Below, in pieces: positions 1 to 12,140 of a stretch of 64,000 bases of DNA (the stretch's first letter is position 1; every line of letters begins with the position of its first letter). The position numbers and the translations under genes are program-made. Under the pieces are notes generated by a model. That model worked only from the letters and a program-made list of their open reading frames with translations, was not told the origin of the DNA and made no database searches. The stretch is from Podarcis gaigeae (taxonomy: Eukaryota): NCBI GenBank assembly GCA_964106915.2, contig OZ066922.1. One strand, written 5' to 3'.

Positions 1-2558
1 TGTTTTGGAACATTTTTGCGGTGGGGGGGCACACATAATGGACAACCAGCTCAAGAGGAAACATCTGTGTACTCTCAACAAAGCAAAACACATCCCTTTA
101 AAAAACATGCAAGGTTTTAGTCTTATTTGCTTTCTTTTAGCAGTCTCACAGCAGGTACCTCATTTACATACAAATGAGGTGATGTTAATGAACCTGCCAT
201 GGTGGAGTTGAAAAGGCCTTTGCATTGTATAACACAGGTTCATTTCCTGTAAACTCAATCCCACTGAGTTCTGGTTCATTAAGTGAAAGTTATGATATGC
301 TCCTTGATTTCACTGTTCCCACCAGCGTGCCACAGTGAACAATACCTGAGAGTGAAAGAAACCATGAATAAAAAGTTTCACATTCCTGCTCAGGGATGCA
401 CTCAGAATGTGGAAAATGGAAGAAAGGGGGAACAAGATGGTTTCTCTTTTTTTTCAAAGGAGGAACATTTATTGAAGAGAAAACGCAGACCCTTGTAAAA
501 TGGAATTGGATGGCTAAAAGCTGGCTTTTGTAACTACTGCAGTCCCAAAGCACATGCAGTCTCTTTAATGAGAACTGATTCTAAAAGCATTTGTGGAATG
601 TGTGGAAGGATCAAGTCTGACTAAATGGTTCAAACTGGCTGCGGTTTATCTGTCTTGTTCTTTGACTGCTGCAATTTAGGCATTGATTGAGCCCCAAATA
701 CCAATAACTTTCTAAGCCTGTAAACTCAGAAGACTTCAAATCCTGGCTCCATTGCAGGTTAGCTGATCCAAAAGAAAGCTCCCTTTACAATAGAAATTAA
801 GAAAAGGAATCTCTCTGACCACTGGGAACTGTTGGACAGTCAGGAAATGGAGCAGATAGGCAAACAGCTTGTTTCTATGTTTCACTGCTGCTGATTCCAA
901 AGCATGCTTGTATATAAAGCCAGTGGAAGAACTAGTTAATGAACAGAAGGTGGTGCATTGGATTTCAAGTTTCAGGATGCAATCATTCCAGGCACTCAGT
1001 AGTTGGCAAATTTATATTAGAAGCTCTATTCAGCCATTATAAAAATCAGTAATTAAATAAAAAAATTTTTTTAAGAAAATGGGTAATTTACCATGTCATT
1101 GAGAGGAGGGGAAAAAACAGAGATGGCTCAGATACTGTAGCTTCATCATCCGAGCCCATTTTGATTGCTTCCTGTGAGTTGCAGCCGGGAACATCTTGTA
1201 ACTGTGGATGTCCTGGTTTCCAAAATGCACAGAGAACCACCACAGCTACAAGAGATTTGCAGGCAGTCATCTTCCAACTAACAAAAGGTGACATTAAAAG
1301 GCATTAAAAGAGTGTGGGAAGAGTCAGTGCACTCATTTGCACTGCCCTTGTTAGATAGTAAGTTACCCATTTTTGTAACACTTGAGGATACCTATAAAGA
1401 TACAGTCCATCAATTCTAATACCATGTGCCTTTGAAAGCAGACGTTGCCAAGTGTCTGACCAGCTGATGCATCTCATTGTGGCTGATGCAAATTGCTGGC
1501 TAATCCTCAATGTAACACTGCATCTTTCACAGCTTTTTATCCTTTTGCTTTTCTGTCTGTGGTACGTTAGCATACAGTTTTCCTTGTATTGCTTTGTATC
1601 CAGTTTACAGTCTACTCCAAAGCAAATTTGTTCAGAAGCTGGAATGAGCTTAATGAGACTTAGCTTTGAAGAAGTTCTGAGTAGGATTCCAGCCTAAGAT
1701 TTAAGTTTAGATATGGAATCAACAGAAAGGAATGTGTTCATCTGTCATACATTTGCCACATGTCATCAGACTGCATAATCTGCTGGTTCCTGTCGTGGCT
1801 CTATGTCAATAAGTAGACAAATAAATGTTGTATCTTTATCATTTGAGGGAACATACTAAATTCTGTTCCACTTGGACTGACCTTAAGATCCTGTTAGCAT
1901 TTTAACTGGGCCACAAGTTTAGAAAAGTAGTTTGGTGATTTCTCTCCCCCCCCCCCCAACCAAGTAATCTCTAGCAGATTTGCCTAGTATTTTAAATTCT
2001 TGTGCTGTATCGTGAAACAAGCCTTATTTTGTCTTTCCAGCAAGCAAGTGAAACTGCCTGTTTCATAAACACAATCATGTTGTTTTTATTACTATCAACA
2101 TTTCTCGTTAAGCTAAATGCTAAGAGCCAGATTCGCAGCAAGCTGAGGTCATTACACACATGCGCGCACGCACCAAATAGAAGTTTTTAAAAAACAGTGA
2201 AAGGTCTTGGGGGATTCAAACTGCTGAGTGTGTTTATATGGCAAAGCACATTCAGGTTCAAAGTAAAAATTCAGTGCCAGTGTGTTAACACCTACCTTGT
2301 CTCAAAACAGCAAAATCTGCCAAAGAGCTTCACAGATTTTTTTTAAAGGAACCAAAGAATTATGTGAAGTGCCAGTCCTAAGGTGAAGTACTAGGTGTTC
2401 TCCGCTGCAATAGCTGCAGGAGAATGTGCAGATATAAAATTGATACCATATGGCTCTTGCTTGTGTGTATACTTTTATCCTGACTTTCCAAACCCATTCA
2501 CTTATTGAAAAGGTGTTCATGATCAGCTTCGTAGCACTGGCATTATTCTTTTGGCTTT

Positions 2559-2865
2559 GGCCACATTCACACCATACTTTTAAAGCTCTTTGTTACAGCT
2601 TTAAACAGCCGTGGTTTCCCCCAGAGAATTCTGGGAGCTGTAGATTGTTAAGGATGCTGAGAACTACGTTGCTGGAGGCCTCTGTTCCCCTCCCATTGCA
2701 AAGTTCCCTGTGAAGAGGGATTGGTTGTTAAACATCTTTGGGAGTTGTAGCTCTGACAGCAGAATGACACCCTTAACAAACTACAGCTCCCAGAATTCTC
2801 TGGAGGAAGCCACGACTGTTTGAAGTGGTATCATAGCATTTTAACTGTATGGTGCGGCTGTGACC
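2559..2865. mobile_element. Palindromic non-autonomous DNA transposon (PIF/Harbinger-like MITE)
   Basis: Termini GGCCACATTCACACCATAC / GTATGGTGCGGCTGTGACC are inverted. Long inner arms (2622-2653 vs 2771-2802). TTT on both flanks is a possible 3-bp TSD. Confidence 0.7.
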
Positions 2866-5800
2866 TTTGTCATGCTAAAACGGCCCCTTCTCAAAGTAGC
2901 CTTTACACTGTGGCTGCTGCTGCAGTGTAGTTCCTTCTGATGCTGCGAGACCAAGGGAGAACCATTTGGGCAAGAACCTCCACATGAGCTTTCCCCTTGC
3001 AGCCAGAAGCGCTACCTTTGTGACATTGCAGCAGCACACTTTGCAAAGCTTATATGGAAATGGGACCCTGGAAACAATGTTCACGTTTGTTAGAGCAGCA
3101 GACAGAGAATGAGGGTCTGGGCAAGAGCATGATGTACGTAGGCCTACTTTTGGGTTTTGCATAGGGTCATATTTTGTTATTGGTACACTGAGACATATTT
3201 TGCGTATCTGCACAGCCAAGCAGGAAAGAAATAAGGGGAGAATGAGTGTTTCCGAAGCACAGGAGCCAAGAACCATTTTCAAGAGGTACTTGAAGGGAAA
3301 GTATGCTGCTTTAAAATATCTTTAAAAGGGCATCACACAAGTTTAGTCTGCTCTCATGCCACAATTTACAAAACGCTGGTATTTCTTATTTAAAGAATTC
3401 AGGTATGTTTGCATTATGACCTAAAGCAAACTATTCAAGTTTTCTACTGATTGATTTTTGGCTTTCTTTTCTCCAGTTTACATCCACTTTTCTTCCACAC
3501 ACACAAAATGCCATGCCTTTGACTCAGCTGCTTATTTGGATTATTGTAGCATTATTTTTATTCCATTGTTGATTCCATTTTGAAGCTAGATGCTCATTGA
3601 AAACCAATTTCTTTCACTGTTATTCCAAACCTCAGATGGGTTTTCATGTCACGTTTCCTTATAATGTTGTTGCAACTAAGCAGAATTTTTCAGCAGAATT
3701 TTTCTTCAAGACTCTGTTGACTTTTCCCAATGAATTAACATGGTACTTAAGTATGTTAGCTAGAATCACACAACAGTGGGACCAGTGCTTGTATTTATCC
3801 TCTCCTTGCTTTACAAAAGCATGCTGGTGAAACCACCAGAAATAGAGCTCATGTCTGGATGCCATGAGATCTCTAGGCTTGGTTTATATAGCATTATAAT
3901 ATTTTATACATTCTTGTGGCTTCAGAGTTCAGAGGTATGTAGCACCAAGTGCTGAATAGGGGCTGGCAAAAGGGCTATTCCTCCCTTCCTTCGGCCTCTT
4001 CCCAAATGCTTCAGTTTGATCTCCAAAGCCCTCCAATGATCCAACAATAGCCTTGCCAACTTGTATTCAAAGTTCTCCATTTGCTGCAAACTCTCACCAC
4101 TCATTCAATAACCTTTTGCCTTTTGTGTGAAGTGAAAATTCAAAACCCTCCATTCTGCTTCACTGATCACTTGATGTCCTGAAGGCTTTGAAGTGCTCCC
4201 AGTGTTCAGACTACAATTCCCATCATCCCCAACCAGCATGAGGTTGGGGAAGGTGGTCTACGCTAAGCATTCCAGAGGGCCATGCTAAGTGCTGCCTCAT
4301 CTGTTACATATGATGCGTTTGCTATGCCAAGGGTACCAGAATAGGGAGTGAACTTGTTCATTCTGCTTATCCATACATGCTTAAATAGGCTTTGTAGTGC
4401 TTTAGCCTTTTGGAAGTCTATCAAAACTTTCTGCAAGTCGCAGCATTCTGGGTAAGCAATACCTTCTAAATAAGCTTTTGCAACCACACAGGCAAGATAC
4501 CAAGACTGGGTGAAATGGAGATTTTGGATAACTTGAGTGAAATATAAAACAAATCTCATGCTTTCCACAATATCACACATACACTTTCCTTTTCTATATG
4601 TGAGCAAAAGCTCTCTCGTATGAAGCTCAACAGCGGGTTTTTTTTAAAAAAAGCTGTCTAAATTCATGGGATTAATTTTAACAAGGGTTTTTCCCTCTGC
4701 CAGATGTTCTCTCTGCAAGTGTTTGTTTTCCATAAATATATATGCTCCCCTTTGTACTTTACAAATTAAAAAGAATGCATCGCACCACATCTGAACTGCA
4801 GAATGCCTTTTTGTTTTATGTGGGGAAGCATGTCTCATGTGCATAAGGATCTCTCTCTCTCTCTCTCTCATTCTCCCTATCTTCTCTACTCTTTCTATAG
4901 TATTTTCCTGTGACTATATAAGTGAAGGGGAAGCCGTGCATGCAGCAGAGCCCTGGGTCAATATGGTGGAGAAATTTGATTCGGCTCCCTTATATAATAT
5001 GGGACAAGTTCTACTGCATGGGACACGCAAAAAACCACTCAGACCCAGGCTTTCTAGGTACCAGACAAGCAGAAGTATGAGCAAGCCCTTAGTCTTACAG
5101 AGTTTTTGTCTAGATAAAATGGAAAGGATAAAGCTTTGCAATTTGTTCCAAGCTCCTGAGAGGAAGGGCATATTTTTAAATTTGTAACATAATTAGAACC
5201 TGGGGAAATAGGCTTTTGCTGCTGTGGCTGACTGTTTTCAATGCACAGCGGTCACAATTCAGCACCAGCTTAGGTGAATATAAATCCAATTAAATTAATG
5301 GGCTTATACCTGCCTCGCTCTTTCCTGAACTATGGTATTTGTACCTGAGAAATAACAGTGCATTCTCTTCTAGTTTTGTTCTATTGTATCCACCTGGCAG
5401 CAATTCAGAAACAAACTTCTAGCAAAGAAAATGGGGTTTCTCGTATTCCATCCCACATAAACTTCATTGTTCTGTTGCAGCCAGTAAAGTTGGGGAAGTG
5501 ACTTTTGCATTCATACTCTGGCTTCTTCCGCTTTTCTGATCCTGACATAAGGGGAATGTAGCTGTAAAGCTCGTTGTTACTGCATAATTTCCATGCAACT
5601 CAGAAACAGCTCATTTGAGCCAAACACAGATGTATTTTCTATTTACTGCTGCTGAATAGCTTTTGCTACTCAGCTGTTCTGTGCATGCAACATCCAAAAC
5701 GTGATATTATAGACTAATGTTGTGGGACACAAGGAATTAAACAGGAATTAAAATTCTGGTATTTGGCATGATTAGTTGAAATGAATGGGCTGCTTTGAAG

Positions 5801-6207
5801 TCATAATCATAGTCACTTTATTTGCACATATACATTACACTCAAAGAGGTTCACAGCAAAGCATAATTTTAAAATAGAGCCAAATGAGGTTTGTATCTGG
5901 TGGTAACTTTGTCTCAGCAAAAAGGGTTTTCACTAATGCAAATCAGGGCATCTGATTTCCATTTATTCCCCCGCTACTTTTTAAGTCAGAACTATATCCC
6001 ATTCAATTCTGGAGAAACCCCACCCTTTGGAGCAGCTTTAAAATGGGGGATAGGAACTTTGGAGAGGTCAGTGAAAATCAAGTGATAGAACCATTTTCCA
6101 CAAAGGCATGATTGCTTTCAGCCCATGATGTACAACCCTGTCCTCCTGATACAGTAGAACTGATCCATTTTTCTCCTTAGGCTTCCTCAGAAAATCCAAG
6201 ACAACTA

Positions 6208-6414
6208 CAGTGGTACCTCGGGTTAAGTACTTAATTTATTCCGGATGTAGGTTCTTAACCTGAAACTGTTCTTAATCTGAAGCACCACTTTAGCTAATGG
6301 GGCCTCCTGCTGCCACTGCTCCGCCGGAGCACGATTTCTGTTCTTATCCTGAAGCACTATTTCTGGGTTAGCGGAGTCTGTAACCTGAAGCGTATGTAAC
6401 CCAAGGTACCACTG
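6208..6414. mobile_element. Tc1/mariner (pogo/Tigger-like) MITE, copy A
   Basis: TA|CAGTGGTACCTCGGGTTA ... TAACCCAAGGTACCACTG|TA: TIRs with TA TSD. Homologous to 31122-31258 and 54779-54987. Confidence 0.9.
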
Positions 6415-7590
6415 TAAATCTGTGGCCTGATGGGGACAAATATCCTTTCAAAGCTGTCTTCTCCATTTGGGCCAATACCATAGTAGATGACTATAGAAAA
6501 CTGTGGCTTTGATACATCATGGAAACATGAAAAAGTCCCCCATATTTCTGTCCCACTGGTTCCTTTTGCGACTGATGCATTGTGGATTGTGTGAAGGGCA
6601 CAATGCCATGGGCAGCTCTCAGCTAAAAGAGTAAAGAATTCATTTATCAATTCATTCTCTGAGATACCAGAAGCAGGGAAACAAACAAAGCTGACAACAA
6701 CTGAGATGGAGGTTCTGATTATCCGACTGCATGCATAAGAGAGGCTTGTAAGATTCCTGTCTAATATCTTGGCCAATCATTCATGATTATTCATTGTATG
6801 ATATGTCAGTTTTATCACATTAAGAAGATGATGATTACTTGGATCCAAGCAAGATGGCTCAAGACTACTTCTAAAAATACTCAGGGAAAAATGGCAAAAA
6901 ACAAACAAAAACATTTCAGTTCACCCCTGAACAGAGAAGACATATTTCTGCTCAGTTTCAGGGGAGTTGGAGGTTGAAAACAACATAAAACATTCTTGAT
7001 TTCTGGCTCACGAATCAGTCCTACAATTTAGAAACTAGGAAACCAAGGGAAACCAGGCACACACACACAAAATAATCTTTATCTACTTAGATTTACAGTT
7101 AAGAGTTGCCAGAGGCTCCACCAAAACTAACACATAGAAATTAGTAAGATTTTTTAGATTATTATAATTCAGTCCCTGGTAAAGAAAAAGTGTCTCAAAA
7201 GAGATGATCAAGATAACTGTATCAAGGTCCTTGATAGCACTGCACTCTTGATAGACCCAGTGCAGCACAAGTAGAGTGATGTCCCAACCCTAAGTAATAG
7301 ATGTGGAGCAATCTTGCAGGATGGAAGAAAGCAATGCTGCTGTTCACAGGATTTCAGCCTTAGTAAGTTATGTATCGTATACATTTTATGTTCATAACAG
7401 GGTCTCAGGCATTTCATAGTAACCCCCTAGTTTGGTGTCTCTAAGACAGTTAAGCTCTGGATATCAGCCTCTGGGAAAATCTGGTGTCCAAAATGGGCTT
7501 AATGTGTTATGTTTTTGTTCACATTGCTATGTGCAACTGTTATGTGCTAATAGTACAATATAATCAGTCCTAGACATCTTATGTATGATA

Positions 7591-7937
7591 GGTAAAAGGT
7601 AAAGGTACCCCTGCCCGTACGGGCCAGTCTTGACAGACTCTGGGGTTGTGCGCCCATCTCACTCAAGAGGCCAGGGGCCAGCGCTGTCCGGAGACACTTC
7701 CGGGTCACGTGGCCAGCGTGACAAAGCTGCATCTGGCGAGCCAGAGCCGCACACGGAAACGCCGTTTACCTTCCCGCTGGTAAGCGGTCCCTATTTATCT
7801 ACTTGCACCCGGAGGTGCTTTCGAACTGCTAGGTTGGCAGGCGCTGGGACCGAGCAGCGGGAGCGCACCCCGCTGCAGGGATTCGAACCGCCGACCTTTC
7901 GATTGGCTTTAACCCACAGCGCCACCTGCGTCCCCTT
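7591..7937 (-). mobile_element. Sauria (Squam1) SINE, near full length, young
   Basis: Minus strand shows a tRNA-like head with B box GGTTCGAATCC, core GCCAACCTAGCAGTTCGAAAGCA and an (ACCTTT)n tail. Perfect 12-bp TSD TTATGTATGATA at 7579-7590 and 7938-7949. Confidence 0.92.
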
Positions 7938-9379
7938 TTATGTATGATAACTGGCTATTATCTAGAGGTTTCCGCAACTTTGGTTTCATTCTATAATGTG
8001 ATTTTATTACAAAGGCATATTACTAGTGGGCTAAGAAGCTCAAATCTATTGGCATGGGAAAGCAAAACTGTCATGCATATAGACCTCAAACAAGTTTCAA
8101 ATTACTTATGGAGTTGTTTCAGCAATGGACAGAATTTGGAAATTTGTTCCAGGATCATGTAAAAATAGAAAACTCTTAATGTGTGTTTTAATACCAATAC
8201 AGCTCATGAACTCAACAGGCAGAAAAAAAGTTTATTTCCTTTTTTGTCAATGGGTTGAGGGTTGCATAAGATTGCCTTGCTCCTATCCCAATCTAATTTA
8301 TGTACATGTGTGTGTCAGTGGAGTGGAACCCCATAAAAAAAAGTTACCAATTTTGTATAAAAAGTTAAAGCAACTGTGTACTTGAAGTGACAATTGGTAA
8401 CTGGAGAGAAAAAACTATGGGGAAATCAATGCAAAAGAGATTAGAAGAAATCAGATCTTCCTGTGAAAGCCTTTATTCTCCTTCAACAACATGAAAAATC
8501 TCTGGCTTGGTTACATGTAACACCAAACCATGTTTGGCACTACATGAATGACCTTTGTGCTGCTCATAGACGACTTCCCAACTCTACTAACATGCTTAGT
8601 TTTAATCAATTACTTCCCCTTTTGGCAGAGACTACAGTTTGTGGTTCTATCTCAACTGGCAAACTATGGTTTGTATGATTTGATAAGCCATGGTATGCAT
8701 TATATGTGAACTAATCCACTTTTTATATTGTCTTGGGCCAGGTTCTGATATGTAAATATCAGTATGCCATTGGAAAATACATACACGCCCACTTCTGGCT
8801 GATAAGCTGGACTTTCCTATAGTAAACTAATTAACTAAGTATGGATCAATCTGCAGCAAAAGCAACATCCTTCACTCACAAGAGACAGAGGTATCAGCAG
8901 GGTGGGAGAAACCCCAAGGTTTGCAGAATGCAAAACACATTTTATCCAAGCATTTTGATGGCTGAAAGCCCTTTCCCTGGCAACCTTGAGATTATTGGTC
9001 TGGGTGTAGGTGATTGCTTTTGGAAGTTTTCCATTGTTTTTAGAAGGTTGCTTTTAACTGTTTTTTTTAAATGTTTTAATAGTATTGCATTAGGATTGAT
9101 GTGTTTGTCACCCTGGGCTCCTTTGCAGGAAGGGTGGAATATAAATTTAAGAAATAATAAATAAATAACAAAAACCGTAAGGGGCAGAAACCCTCTCCCC
9201 ACCAACACCTCATTTAGGGCAGTGCGTTGCTCAGTGGGTATAGAATGGTTACTGTTTAAGTAGCACCAAAAACCAGAGAGCGGGGTGTAGAATGGAGTGT
9301 CCTGGATGACGGCATAGTTGAATGGCTGGAACCCTGAACAGGAGTAATCCACACCACTTTTTTATTACAGGTCTTTAAA

Positions 9380-10290
9380 GAACATAAGAAGAGCCGATCT
9401 GGATCCCATCAAAGGCCAATCTAGTCCAGCATCTTTTTCTCACAGGGACCAAGCAGAAGCTTATGAGAAGCCCACAAACAGAACGTGAGTACAACAGCAC
9501 TCTATTTATTCGCCCTAGCATGCTGCTTCTGATCTCGAAGGTAATACATATAGGTAGCGGAAATTGATTGTCATATCCTCCACATATCTGTCTAATTCCC
9601 TTTGAAAACTGTCCCAGATGGTGGCCATTGCACTACAACCTGTAGTCGCAAATTCCAGAATTTAGTTACATGCAGTGGGAAGAAGTGCTTCCTTTTGTCT
9701 GCTCTGAATTTGCCAATATTTAGCTTCTTTGGATGACCCTGAGTTCTACTTCCTCTACACCATGCAGAACTCGTGATTTGCTGCCCCCTGTTCTTGTGGG
9801 ATCACCTTGTGCAGCTAGCACCATGTTCCCAGAAAACAGAAGCCGCCAGCTGACCAATGCCAGGTCTCATGATTCTTCCCTCGGTCTCATGGGACATCAT
9901 CAGATCCCTTACAGTCTCATTAGTCTTCACAGGGAGGCGGAGCCTACCTGACTTAAAAGCCATGGCCCTGCCATGATACCTGGTCATGATCCACACAATT
10001 TTACACACCTCTGTGTCTCCTCTTCCACACCTTTTTATTTCCTAAACTAAAAAGCTTCTTTTCTCATATGGAGAGTTGTTCTAGTCGCATTATAATGTTG
10101 GTTGCCCTTTTCTTAATCTTTTCAATGAGTCTGCTGTGAGTATGTCTTAGTTGGCTATAACCCTAAGTTTCTCCATCCTGAAAAAGTTAGCATCATCTAC
10201 CTTTTACCTGCGCCCAGATACCTTATGCTCAAGTTAAATAGCACCAGCCCCACTACAAATATTTCGGAGACCCTCCTGTGTACTTCCCTC
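9380..10290 (-). mobile_element. CR1 LINE 3' region, interrupted by an unidentified ~220-bp insert (~9770-9990)
   Basis: AACATAAGAAGAGCC...GGATC...AAAGGCCAATCTAGTCCAGCATC is the reverse CR1 3' end; CR1-like text resumes at ~9995 (AATTTTACACACCTCT...CTAAACTAAAAAG). Confidence 0.6.
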
Positions 10291-11787
10291 CATTATGAAC
10301 AAAGCAAATTGATAAAGCTCCTGACAAATCCATACAATGAAAACTTCTCCCAGTTCTTGGACATTGCAGTTATCATAATATTTTTATGCTTCAGGAAATG
10401 GTGACCTGGGAAATTACAGTGAAAGAAACATTATCTTTTCAGAATAAAGCAAAAGCTTTAATTAATCAGACCTGCCAAAATGTTTGGATGCTGTTCAAAT
10501 GAGAGATTGCTTCTCTTAAGCCACCTTCATATAACCAGCTCTGAGATGCTATTCATCCTTTATTTACCATCGCATGATCAATGGAAATGGAAGACACTGG
10601 ATGTGAAAAAATACTCAATTTTAAAAGAGAGATAGTTGAAGGATAGTTTTCAATGAACATTTCTGCATGATATTCACTACCAGGAATATCTTATTATGCA
10701 CAATAGGACCCAAATGCCTCCACTCCTCCAAGGCCCCAAACTCTTCCCAATGCCACCATTTCACCCACCCAAAAGCCCTTGCACCCTTGCCCTGCTACCC
10801 CTTCTCTTTACCCAAACTTACCTGATGGCAATGTATTCTGATCAGAGGCTGTAACCCTGTTCACACATCCTTTCTACACTGAGATCTGTAGGCTACCCTT
10901 TTGAGCAAGCATGTACGGATTGGAATAAAAAGATCATGATTCACAAACCATAGTCACTGGCACATGCATGCATAGTCTAGTTCCATCCCTAATTAAAGTT
11001 CAATAGGTTTAAAGTAGCTTGAATGTAAGTGTTTTGATTTAAGGGGTGTCTGGAGGTCATGATCTTTTTAACTTGATGAAAAGAGCTAAATCTCCAAATT
11101 ACTGCATAAACCAGTGCAGGATAAGCAGGCATCTCAGTAGCTAGTAATTATTCGTATTCTTTCATGTTAGCTGTGCTTTGACTTTAGAATACAGTTCAGA
11201 TGAAAGAGTATTTCCACGCTTATAGACAAAGGGATATATTTATGTTGACTGTTCAAATGCACAGTCTTAAGGTTGGTTTTATATGAAATTAGAGGTCATT
11301 CTTGAAGCTAAATCTTAAATGCCCCTGAACAAATCCTTCCTGTTTTGCATAGAAATGGGTGATGAATACAAAGCCCCCAAAACTATCAGCTACTTGGAAC
11401 TGCTTAAAATCAGGGATAAGCAGCAAATTATAGGTCAATGTTTAATGGCTGAGCTCAGATATATAATATGAACCAAAGGGTACCAGGCACTCAAGACATC
11501 AAATGTCAAAGGGTCCCTTTAAGACTCTTGTACAAATTGCCTCATGATTCTATGATCAGTAACAGATTTATAAGATTACAAGGAGTGTGGTTGCTGCTAA
11601 AATGCCACTATCTTTAGCCATTTACTATACTGGGAGGGGAAAGCCTGCTGGGTGCTGAAACAGGGGGAAAAGGGGATTTATTGTCTAGAAGCAAATGAAG
11701 CAAAAATAGTTTTGTTGACTGTAGGTGGGAAATGCTGGACACAGCAGAACACCTGTCCTGTTACCACAACAGCCACTAAGGTCGGTG

Positions 11788-12140
11788 TGATGATGATAAT
11801 GATGATGATGATGATGATGATTTATATGCTGCCCATCTGACAAGGTTGCCCCAGCCACTCTGGGCTGCTCCCAACAAAATATTGAAAACACAATAAAACA
11901 TCAACCATTAAAAACTTCCCTGAACTTCAGGTGTCTTCTAAAAGTCAAATAGTTTTTTAACTGTTTGACATCTGATGGGAGGGTATTCCACAGGGTGGGT
12001 GCCACAAATGAGAAGGCCCACTGTCTGGTTCCCTGTAGCTTCATGTCTCACGGTGAGCGAACTGCCCTCGGAGCTGGACCTCAGTGTCCAGGTTGGACGG
12101 TGGAGGTGGAGACACTCCTTCAGGTATACAGGGCCGGGCC
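11788..12140 (-). mobile_element. L2 LINE 3' end with (ATC)n tail
   Basis: (GAT)n then TTTATATGCTGCCC...GGGAGGGTATTCCACAGGGTGGGTGCCAC...GAGAAGGCCC, the reverse of the L2 'RAFS..AP.LWN.LP' region. Confidence 0.7.

Noticed and set aside
7547-7947. Recurrent ORFs such as CPETLPGHVASVT / HVTRKCLRTALAPG (also at 30562-30831 and 36986-37476)
   Set aside because: Translations of Sauria SINE copies, not a gene family.
11652-11891. ORFs with poly-His / poly-Met
   Set aside because: Produced by the (GAT)n tail of an L2 element.
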